From contig BBVC01000002.1 of assembly GCA_001192655.1 (NCBI GenBank), forward strand, positions 1-32,000: a stretch of 32,000 nt of DNA, given 5' to 3'. Made by a program: the position numbers and the translations under genes. The stretch comes from Caedimonas varicaedens (lineage in GTDB: Bacteria > Pseudomonadota > Alphaproteobacteria > Caedimonadales > Caedimonadaceae). Position 1 is the first letter of the stretch, and each line of letters starts with the position of its first letter. The notes beneath the pieces are model-generated. The model saw only the letters and a list, made by a program, of their open reading frames with translations. It was not told the DNA's origin and did no database searches. Of the stretch, positions 18,316-24,798 are shown in pieces.

Positions 18316-18585
18316 TTATCTGGATTTGAAATTTTTCCGCGGATGGGTGTGCAGTTCATAGGGATAAAGGCGAAAGCGCGCCTCTTGAAGACCACCCGAA
18401 TAAAGACTGAAATTATGGGTGATCAGTTTAGCTTCGCACCCCTCGACCGAGCATTGAAAGCTGAGATGCTTGACGCCCGCAGGCAGACGTTTGTCTCCAA
18501 AAGTATAGTCCCAGGCTTCGGCAACCGTGATAATCCGTCCCAATTCAGGGCAATAGGCTTGTTTGGTATTGGTCTTGTTGGCCAT
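18316..18585 (-). CDS. Orphan 89-aa protein with a C-x32-C-x4-C-x5-H pattern; possibly a remnant of a larger foreign gene
   Basis: GAAGGA lies 7 nt upstream of the ATG. Third codon positions are noticeably G/C-rich (GCC AAC AAG ACC ... GGC GTC AAG), unlike neighbouring genes. It is convergent with the binding-protein gene and I recognise no family. Confidence 0.45.
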   Translation of the reverse strand: MANKTNTKQAYCPELGRIITVAEAWDYTFGDKRLPAGVKHLSFQCSVEGCEAKLITHNFSLYSGGLQEARFRLYPYELHTHPRKNFKSR

Positions 18586-18603
18586 GATCGTTCCTTCTAT
18601 AAA
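18575..18603 (+). promoter_or_regulatory. Sigma70-like promoter candidate TTGTTG-17 nt-TATAAA for the candidate RNA
   Basis: The -35 is at 18575-18580, the -10 at 18598-18603, with a 17-nt spacer. The predicted start, about 18610, coincides with the first arm of the 13-bp inverted repeat. The -35 matches only TTG. Confidence 0.3.
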
Positions 18604-18611
18604 TAAAAAGA

Positions 18612-18624
18612 AACCATCACCGAT
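18612..18624. repeat. Left arm of a perfect 13-bp inverted repeat (AACCATCACCGAT)
   Basis: Exact reverse complement of 18959-18971, read directly. Confidence 0.95.
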
Positions 18625-18678
18625 TTTTTATCTATGAAGCGGCAAGGGAAACAACCCAAAAAGGAAGCGCACAACAAT

Positions 18679-18703
18679 ATACCCTTCGCCTTTCAAAATC
18701 TGG
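18679..18703 (+). repeat. Direct repeat copy 1, ATACCCTTCGCCTTTCAAAATCTGG
   Basis: 24/25 identical to 19013-19037, with the first 21 nt identical. Confidence 0.95.
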
Positions 18704-18958
18704 GGTCGTTGGACTTCGGAATTCGTTCCTGATCACGTACTTTATGTACGCTGCGCGGAACTCACCGCTCGTCCGCCTACCCAGCTTTTGAAATCCTTTG
18801 GGTAACCTCACTATCCCTTTCCCCACGCGTTAAGGGAAAGATAGTCTCTATCACAGGAAAAATTCCTGCAACGCCTTGTGGAGACAGGGAAAAGAGGGTC
18901 TTGAAATGTGTTGCCTAAATGCTTTATCTTCATTGTTAGCCATCATTGATAGTTGGTG

Positions 18959-18971
18959 ATCGGTGATGGTT
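18959..18971. repeat. Right arm of a perfect 13-bp inverted repeat (ATCGGTGATGGTT)
   Basis: Exact reverse complement of 18612-18624. It also pairs locally with 18936-18950. Confidence 0.95.
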
Positions 18972-19012
18972 AGGAAGTCTTAGAGATTACAGTCTCTGAG
19001 GCTTCCGCCTTC

Positions 19013-19037
19013 ATACCCTTCGCCTTTCAAAATTTGG
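19013..19037 (+). repeat. Direct repeat copy 2, ATACCCTTCGCCTTTCAAAATTTGG
   Basis: 24/25 identical to 18679-18703 and 334 nt downstream of copy 1. Confidence 0.95.
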
Positions 19038-19210
19038 TGGCTTTGGGTATACAGACCAAAGGATTTTTTAAGAATCCCCTAACCTGTTGGTAAGAATCAT
19101 AAACCACCCACAAATCAAAAATCAAGTATAAAAAATTGGGTTAACTATGAAAAGAATATGCTGTTATCTTTGACCCCTTCTCGCAAAAAATGAGATTTAT
19201 TTTCAAGATT

Positions 19211-19239
19211 TTGACTATCCTGAAATTAAAAATTAATAT
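19211..19239 (+). promoter_or_regulatory. Sigma70-like promoter candidate TTGACT-17 nt-TAATAT upstream of the 170-aa ORF
   Basis: The -35 is at 19211-19216 and the -10 at 19234-19239. The A+T-rich context makes chance matches likely. Confidence 0.3.
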
Positions 19240-19287
19240 AAAATAGGGTGAATTGATTTTCCTCTTAGACAATGAAAGGTTACTTTT

Positions 19288-19800
19288 ATGCGAAAAAAAG
19301 TTTTTTACGTTTTTATCTTGCTGTTCATTACTTTTGCCGTAAAAGCAAGCGATAAACAAACAGAGGAATTCGGAGACTTTATTACAAAAACTCCTTTTCT
19401 TGTTCAGGATATCGCCATAAATGAAGGAAAGAAAAGGTTTTCAAACGATGAAATTATTGCCTTTATTCGTGATGAAAATAATCCTCTCAAGTTTAGAATT
19501 AAAGCGGCTCGCTATGGGATGAATAAAGAAATACCAGAGGCTGAAGAGCTTTATACCGAAGAAGTTTATAACCCTTTAAAGGAGTTAATGGAGGATAATC
19601 AAGACTTTAAACTTCCAAACGCTTTTGAGATATGTCTGAAACTTTCTCGTTACGATGTAGAGGAGTTTATAAACGGATGTAACTATGGTTACATTTTATA
19701 TAGAATAAAGCACCATCAATCAAAAAAAGAATATGACGCCGTCAAGAAGTGGAAAAAAATACGCTGTTCTATGCAAGAAAAAACCAATCTTTCTTTTTAA
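19288..19800 (+). CDS. Orphan secreted protein, 170 aa
   Basis: Has a signal peptide MRKKVFYVFILLFITFAVKA|SD and AAAGG about 10 nt upstream of the ATG. It is A+T-rich and I recognise no family. Confidence 0.55.
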   Translation: MRKKVFYVFILLFITFAVKASDKQTEEFGDFITKTPFLVQDIAINEGKKRFSNDEIIAFIRDENNPLKFRIKAARYGMNKEIPEAEELYTEEVYNPLKELMEDNQDFKLPNAFEICLKLSRYDVEEFINGCNYGYILYRIKHHQSKKEYDAVKKWKKIRCSMQEKTNLSF

Positions 19801-19908
19801 ATAAAATTTTAATTTAATTTATTTAAAATAAAAATATTTTGTTTATGTATTGTTTTATAGTAAAAGCATAAAAATTGACAAATAGGTTAATTTTTGATAG
19901 GGGTTTTT

Positions 19909-21366
19909 ATGAAAAAACAATACATATTTTCGGCTTCAAATCTACTCTTTTGTATATTAAACTCTCTTTATGCTTCAGAGACTGCTCTTACGATGAGAGA
20001 AACTTTAGAAGAACCTGTTTCTCTTCATCGTCCTGTTGTTTCACCCAAAACTTCTCTCGAAATTCTGGAAGACCGGCTCTTTAGCCTTCCTCAGCCTAAA
20101 ACCTTCTCTGATGCGGTGGCCATAAGTCGCGCTCTTTTAAAAGCAGAAGCTGATTACTTTTCATCTGGGTTTCAGGAGAGTCTTCAAGCCAATCCCGATT
20201 CTCTTATGGTATTGTATAACCTAGGATTTAAAACTATTATGGAGACCCTCAACACGAGCATTGAACAAATCCTTAAGGGAAATGGGTCTAACCTTGCAAA
20301 AGCAAGAAAAATAAAAGAAGCCATTGACAAAATAAAAGCAACAAATAAAAAAGCAGTAGTAGCTTTTAAGTTCGTTGACCCACAAAATTCAGCAACAAAG
20401 TTGGTTCTTTTGGATTTTATTCAGCAGCATCTTATTCAACCTTTTACAGAGATTACAGAGACTTCTGAAGTAGCTCTTAAAGTGCTGTCGAAGCAGGAAA
20501 AAAAAGAGAGTAGAAACGTTTGGCTTCCTCCTGAGCTTTTAAAGCAAAAAAAATCTGGCCAGAATCGTGGAAAGAAGAAAAACGTCGCATCCGGAAAGAA
20601 TCAGAAGAATAATACCAAAAAGAGTTTAGGTAATAGAGCCGAACTATCGTCAAAAGCATCACAGCCTGACGAAGCAATTCAAAATCCAAAACCTAAAGAA
20701 GAACTAACTTTTCCCCCCCTTCTAAGAGAGCCCTTAGGTTTAACGCCAGAAGAGCAACACGTTTCTCACTCTGCTGATAAAGAAATAAGAGAAACAGCTG
20801 ATAAACTTCTTGGTCTTCTTCCTGAAGAAAAGGCTGCAGAATCCGCCGTTCAAGAACCACTTCCTTCTGTTTCTCCGCAAGAGGAAATAATAATCCTTGA
20901 AGAAGTCAACGATAGCACTCCTCAATACCCTATAAAAAATAACAAAAAAAAGATAACCCTCAAGCAAAAAATGACAAATAAAAATGAGGCTCTAGAAGCA
21001 GAAAAGAACGACGTCAAAAAAATTCTTGTAAAAAGAAGTTCTTGGGATGTTATGGTGAAAATAAGAAAATTGCGAGACCAACCTTTGCATAAGGGTGAAT
21101 TTAATGACAAAGTGCCCCTTAAAGATATGTACAAACTTATTAGCGAATGCAATGGCATCATCGCTCCTGGTGGCAAAAGTAATATTAATCTTGCTATACC
21201 CTCGTTGAACCCCAAACATAAAGGGAAATGGAATTCAACTTCTATTCATAATTTGCACAGCGATAGAGCGCTCTTTCTTCCGCCAAATACAGAGCATTGG
21301 TGGAATCGGATTGAAAACTTGCTGATAGAGGCTGGAATAGGACCAGAGACCATTGAAACAATGTAA
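19909..21366 (+). CDS. Orphan modular secreted protein, 485 aa: signal peptide, helical N-domain, Lys/Pro/Glu-rich linker, compact C-terminal domain
   Basis: ATG at 19909 lies after AGGGG; the ORF-track TTG at 19894 is less likely. Has a signal-like N-terminus MKKQYIFSASNLLFCILNSLYA. Residues ~190-370 are low-complexity (KKSGQNRGKKKNVASGKNQKNNTKK..., PEE-rich). I recognise no family for the whole protein. Confidence 0.6.
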   Translation: MKKQYIFSASNLLFCILNSLYASETALTMRETLEEPVSLHRPVVSPKTSLEILEDRLFSLPQPKTFSDAVAISRALLKAEADYFSSGFQESLQANPDSLMVLYNLGFKTIMETLNTSIEQILKGNGSNLAKARKIKEAIDKIKATNKKAVVAFKFVDPQNSATKLVLLDFIQQHLIQPFTEITETSEVALKVLSKQEKKESRNVWLPPELLKQKKSGQNRGKKKNVASGKNQKNNTKKSLGNRAELSSKASQPDEAIQNPKPKEELTFPPLLREPLGLTPEEQHVSHSADKEIRETADKLLGLLPEEKAAESAVQEPLPSVSPQEEIIILEEVNDSTPQYPIKNNKKKITLKQKMTNKNEALEAEKNDVKKILVKRSSWDVMVKIRKLRDQPLHKGEFNDKVPLKDMYKLISECNGIIAPGGKSNINLAIPSLNPKHKGKWNSTSIHNLHSDRALFLPPNTEHWWNRIENLLIEAGIGPETIETM

Positions 21367-21424
21367 GTGATTTCCATTCGTGAAACTGCTCTTCCTTTAA
21401 TGACCCTGTCTCCCTTCCCTTTTC

Positions 21425-21452
21425 TTGAAATTTTTAGAGAATAGGGTATAAT
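21425..21452 (+). promoter_or_regulatory. Sigma70-type promoter TTGAAA-16 nt-TATAAT for hsp20
   Basis: The -35 is at 21425-21430 and a consensus -10 at 21447-21452. The predicted start, about 21458-21460, gives an ~80-nt leader. Confidence 0.55.
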
Positions 21453-21456
21453 AAAA

Positions 21457-21539
21457 AAGTTGATCGCCTATATGGGGTCAACTTTTTTTGTCTGGCGTAT
21501 GCAGACAGTTAACCTTATTGCTCATAGGAGAATTGGGTC
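21457..21539 (+). promoter_or_regulatory. ROSE-like RNA thermometer in the hsp20 5' UTR
   Basis: There are three hairpins in the leader. Hairpin 1 pairs 21459-21463 with 21478-21482. Hairpin 2 pairs 21490-21494 with 21502-21506. Hairpin 3 pairs 21513-21523 (CCUUAUUGCUC) with 21528-21537 (GAGAAUUGGG). Hairpin 3 occludes the SD AGGAG (21526-21530) with a UUGCU-containing anti-SD strand, a bulged G (21520) and a U-U mismatch, as described for ROSE elements. Confidence 0.55.
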
Positions 21540-22010
21540 ATGAGAAGTTATGATTTAACACCCTTATTTCGTTCCAGTATTGGCTTTGATCGATTGATGA
21601 GACTGATGGACACTTCCCTGAGGTCTGAGGAATCGTCATCGTCCTCTTATCCACCCTACAACATCGAAAAGTTAGATGAGGAAACTTATCGCCTGACTAT
21701 GGCAGTGGCCGGGTTTAATGAAGAGATGATGACTATTACCGTCCAGGATAATGTTCTGGTGGTGGCAGGCAAAGCCCATCCCGATGACGAAGATGTTCAG
21801 TATTTGTATCGGGGAATCGCGCGACGCGCTTTCGAACGGCAATTCCAGCTGGCAGATTTTATTAAGATCGGCAATGCTTCCTTGGAAAATGGGCTTTTGC
21901 GCATTACGCTCCACCGAGAAATTCCCGAAGCCATGAAGCCACGCACCATTCAGATTTCCAAAAAAGCGTCGCCTGCTAAAAACAAATTGATCGAACACGA
22001 GACTCAATAA
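21540..22010 (+). CDS. Small heat-shock protein, Hsp20/IbpA family
   Basis: The N-terminus MRSYDLTPLFRSSIGFDRL...YPPYNIEK...YRLTMAVAGF and the alpha-crystallin core ...YLYRGIARRAFERQFQLAD...ASLENGLLRITL are typical of proteobacterial IbpA/HspA. Confidence 0.9.
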   Translation: MRSYDLTPLFRSSIGFDRLMRLMDTSLRSEESSSSSYPPYNIEKLDEETYRLTMAVAGFNEEMMTITVQDNVLVVAGKAHPDDEDVQYLYRGIARRAFERQFQLADFIKIGNASLENGLLRITLHREIPEAMKPRTIQISKKASPAKNKLIEHETQ

Positions 22011-22032
22011 GGCTTACCTTTGATTATATGAA

Positions 22033-22062
22033 GAGGCAGGATAACCTTCCTGCCCTTTATTA
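22033..22062. terminator. Hairpin between the convergent hsp20 and nucleoside hydrolase genes
   Basis: GGCAGG (22035-22040) pairs with CCTGCC (22049-22054) across an 8-nt loop, followed by CTTTATT. The U-tract is weak. Confidence 0.35.
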
Positions 22063-22998
22063 ATCCCTATAGGTTCTCATCAAATCAATAATCAGATCAA
22101 ACGCCTGATCCGCCCGAATGGTATCCGCCACCCATATCCAGTGATCCTGAATGTGGGCAGGATATTCATTAACAATAGACGCCCCTATACTGGCTTCATT
22201 AGAATGGTCAACTATAACGTTCATCTTCTTGAAGGTAAAAAGATCAGGACGAAGCATATAAGCAGCAATACAAGCATCATGAACAGAACGTCCCAAAAGC
22301 CCAAGACGCGTGATATCACTGTCCACGCCATGCGTCAACATCCCGGCGACCTGGCGCCCCACCTCATTACCCATTGAATTGAGCTTTCTCAAACGTTCTT
22401 CAGAAGTTACCAATTGATGGGTTACATTCAATCCAATCATCCTCATGGGAATACCGCTGGACACCACGATATAAGCGGCGTGAGGATCAACATAGAAATT
22501 GAATTCAGCCGCCGCCGTAATATTGCCGCCATTGGTCGACCCACCCATAAAAATGATTTCCTCAATATTTTTTGCAATATCAGGTTCCTTGATCAAGGCA
22601 AGGGCAATATTGGTCATGGGGCCACTGACAGAAAGCGTAACTTTCTGTGCAGAATGCAGAAGAGTCTCAATAATAAAATCCACTGCGTGCTGGGGTTGGA
22701 TTGAACTTTCAGGTTCGGGCAACGAGGCGCCATCAATACCGCTTTCTCCATGAACATGTGCCGCATAAACAGGTTTGCGCAAAATGGGACGCCCACATCC
22801 CCCAAAAACTTTAACATCCGTACGTTTTGATAGTTCAAGGATCTTTAAGGCATTCTTGTTGATCCAGTGAATGGGAGCGTTGCCTGATACTGTTGTAATG
22901 CCCAGCACATCAAAGTCCTGGGGGGAGGCCAGCGCCATCAGAATCAAAACAGCATCATCTGCGCCAGGATCACAATCGATAATGAGGGGGCGTCGCAT
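22060..22998 (-). CDS. Nucleoside hydrolase (IUNH family)
   Basis: Has the N-terminal fingerprint IIDCDPGADDAVLILMAL (DxDxxxDD). It is 312 aa with full-length resemblance to RihA/RihB/IunH. Confidence 0.88.
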   Translation of the reverse strand: MRRPLIIDCDPGADDAVLILMALASPQDFDVLGITTVSGNAPIHWINKNALKILELSKRTDVKVFGGCGRPILRKPVYAAHVHGESGIDGASLPEPESSIQPQHAVDFIIETLLHSAQKVTLSVSGPMTNIALALIKEPDIAKNIEEIIFMGGSTNGGNITAAAEFNFYVDPHAAYIVVSSGIPMRMIGLNVTHQLVTSEERLRKLNSMGNEVGRQVAGMLTHGVDSDITRLGLLGRSVHDACIAAYMLRPDLFTFKKMNVIVDHSNEASIGASIVNEYPAHIQDHWIWVADTIRADQAFDLIIDLMRTYRD

Positions 22999-23205
22999 CT
23001 TTTAATCCTCTCTTCTCTGTCAACGGGTATTATCGTATCTTTGGTACGAGAAAAATACGTAGAATACAAGAAAGAAACTTATAAAATAAGCTAAATATTC
23101 TATTGACGAATACAGAATTTTTCTTTTTCAGATTCTTTTCTTTTTTTGAGAAGATTGTTTGAGAAAAAATTGAAAAAGGTACAACCAAAAAATAGAGGTA
23201 TTTCC

Positions 23206-24027
23206 ATGCAACATCATAAAAAATCAGCAAACGCTCATCTGCTCCACCCTTTTCAATCTTCCCTTCTTCTTGGGCAACACTCCCTGCAACATGGTTTTTT
23301 CTCGCGACAGGGAGGCGTTTCTCAGGGACTTTTGGCTTCACTGAATACACGCGATCTTCCACCCGAACAAAAAGAAAACTTGCAAGAAAATTATAACCGC
23401 ATCAGTGGGTGGTTTGGTCTGACTTCTGATCATTTGGCGCTGGTACGACAAGTTCATGGAAAAACTGTGCTTTGGCTTGACAAGGCGCCTTCTACTTCTC
23501 AACTTATTGAAGCAGATGCGCTTGTGACCCGACAGCCTCAATTGATCTTGGGTATTCGCACAGCGGATTGTGTCCCTATTTTACTCTATGATCCTGTCTC
23601 TCACATATGTGCAGCTATCCACGCAGGGTGGAAAGGCGTCTTGCTGAATATCGTTTATGAAACAATCAAGGTTATGAAAGAACGGGGTTCAGAACCCCAA
23701 AATATCCTCGCCGTCATTGGTCCCTGTATTCATCAGAAAAACTATGAAGTGGGAGAAGATGTATACTTTCCCTTTAAAGAAAAAAAACCGTCATGGGCAA
23801 CATTTTTCAAGCCCAGCAGCCATATCAATCACTATTGGCTTGATCTACCAGGACTGGTCAAAAATCAATTACAAACTGCTGGCTTGAGAAAGATCGACGC
23901 CCTTGAGAAGAATACATACGCTGAAGAAGAGAATTTTTTTAGCTGCCGTCGCGCTTATCATCGGCAAGAGCCCGTGTTTGGTAACCAGATCTCAGCTATT
24001 TGTCTAAAAGATTCCACACTTTGCTAG
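23206..24027 (+). CDS. pgeF: Peptidoglycan editing factor PgeF (YfiH / polyphenol-oxidase-like, DUF152)
   Basis: Has HGFFSRQGGVSQGLLASLN, ADALVT, TADCVPILLYD, AIHAGWKG and C-terminal FFSCRR motifs. The start is assigned to ATG 23206; the TTG at 23146 would add a Lys-rich extension. Confidence 0.85.
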   Translation: MQHHKKSANAHLLHPFQSSLLLGQHSLQHGFFSRQGGVSQGLLASLNTRDLPPEQKENLQENYNRISGWFGLTSDHLALVRQVHGKTVLWLDKAPSTSQLIEADALVTRQPQLILGIRTADCVPILLYDPVSHICAAIHAGWKGVLLNIVYETIKVMKERGSEPQNILAVIGPCIHQKNYEVGEDVYFPFKEKKPSWATFFKPSSHINHYWLDLPGLVKNQLQTAGLRKIDALEKNTYAEEENFFSCRRAYHRQEPVFGNQISAICLKDSTLC

Positions 24028-24033
24028 AGAGAA

Positions 24034-24061
24034 GGTTTCATTTACATGAAAACCTCTTTTA
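24034..24061 (+). terminator. Rho-independent terminator candidate after pgeF
   Basis: GGTTTCAT (24034-24041) pairs with ATGAAAACC (24046-24054), with one bulged A and a 4-nt loop, followed by TCTTTT. It overlaps the stop of the convergent 196-aa ORF. Confidence 0.45.
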
Positions 24062-24649
24062 TAATTTCTTTAAAAGGAAATTTACCGTGCGAATCGGCAT
24101 TATCGAATTCATGTTACCTTCAGTATGCCAGTAATGGTTCACTGGGTCATTAAATGGCACAGGATGATCCGAAATATTTCCCCAATGCGGATTATTATTG
24201 GCTGTGTATCGTACTGTAATGTAAGCTCGACTGTCGTGTTCAGCCGTTGCAAAAAAGTATGAAAACCATGTAACGCCCTGTGGGATATTTTTCACATCTT
24301 TTTCCTCCAGTAAATACGGGCCCAGTCCACCCATATAACAAGGGTTTGTTCTCACAGGCTCCTTATAGAGGGCTGACTTTAGTAGCGGCTCTTTTTGAAG
24401 GGGCACATATTCTTCGTTGTTGATCATAAGCAGTTTCCGTTTTTGAAAAGCCTTAACCATTTGAGAAAAACTGATTCCGAAAATATGCTCTTTGATAGCA
24501 TTTTCTTGCACAGGAGAAAGAGAAGGCGCTATAAATCTGCTGTATCCTCCATATCCATCATCATCTTCTGAGAAAGATGGATCTGTAGCAAACAATGAGA
24601 GAGGAAAAAATAAAGAACTTAAAAGAAATAAAGAGAAGTATCGAACCAT
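24059..24649 (-). CDS. Orphan secreted protein, 196 aa
   Basis: Has a signal peptide MVRYFSLFLLSSLFFPLSLFA|TD and AAGG about 9 nt upstream of the ATG. The C-terminal half is aromatic- and His-rich (HWGNISDHPVPFNDPVNHYWHTEG). I recognise no family. Confidence 0.55.
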   Translation of the reverse strand: MVRYFSLFLLSSLFFPLSLFATDPSFSEDDDGYGGYSRFIAPSLSPVQENAIKEHIFGISFSQMVKAFQKRKLLMINNEEYVPLQKEPLLKSALYKEPVRTNPCYMGGLGPYLLEEKDVKNIPQGVTWFSYFFATAEHDSRAYITVRYTANNNPHWGNISDHPVPFNDPVNHYWHTEGNMNSIMPIRTVNFLLKKL

Positions 24650-24798
24650 GTTACACCTTATTTTCAGGGTTGAATATCCACTATCCTCTTCAAAATAATA
24701 ATGATTTCGATCTTTGTCAAATAACTAAAACAAAAAACATTTTCGATGTACGTTCTGATCTTACTCATTTAACGAGTCTCTAAAAGCCTAGAAAAAAA

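Larger units (their letters stand above)
18610..19070 (+). ncRNA. Candidate ~460-nt structured RNA of unknown family (alternatively a decayed mobile-element or att remnant)
   Basis: No SD-preceded ORF is present. There are several long helices, with six G-U pairs that exist only on the + strand. There are two competing partners for 18959-18973. A weak hairpin (19041-19046/19056-19061) plus a T6 run (19064-19069) lies at the 3' side. Confidence 0.3.

Noticed and set aside
18298-18606. A 102-aa + strand ORF fully antisense to the 89-aa ORF.
   Set aside because: It has no SD. Its start lies 5 nt after the upstream gene's stop, with no coupling signal. The - strand frame has the SD and the coherent GC3 bias. 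The composition (locally higher G+C) explains why both frames stay open.
18634-18732. A 32-aa + strand ORF (MKRQGKQPKKEAHNNIPFAFQNLGSLDFGIRS) in which direct repeat copy 1 encodes IPFAFQNLG. Copy 2 would encode IPFAFQNLV.
   Set aside because: There is no Shine-Dalgarno sequence upstream. The frame containing copy 2 has no start codon after the stop at 18971-18973. The repeat is therefore more simply a nucleotide-level element.
18586-18971. A retron-like layout on the - strand: a 13-bp a1/a2-style inverted repeat bracketing ~350 nt, ending 27 nt upstream of an ORF.
   Set aside because: The downstream ORF is only 89 aa and shows no reverse-transcriptase motifs such as YxDD. The gene is boxed in by the convergent binding-protein gene. 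The G-U pairs in the local helices favour a + strand RNA.
18600-19140. A known housekeeping RNA (RNase P RNA, SRP/4.5S RNA, permuted alphaproteobacterial tmRNA, tRNA) or a group II intron fragment.
   Set aside because: There is no GAGGAAAGUCC / ACAGAAxCCGGCUUA P4 core and no GGAAGCAGCC-type SRP motif. There is no T-arm GGUUCGAAUCC followed by an acceptor ending in CCA, and the candidate UACCCA/UGGGUA stem lacks a G3-U70 pair. No Ala-rich tag frame ending in AA-stop is present. GUGCG occurs on the - strand, but no domain V-like sequence follows.
20477-21219. Four - strand ORFs (70-97 aa) inside the 485-aa orphan gene.
   Set aside because: They are antisense readings of a Lys/Glu-rich (AAG/GAA-rich) sequence and give Phe/Leu/Ser-rich nonsense. 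They have no SD and all are nested in the longer + strand ORF, which has a signal peptide.
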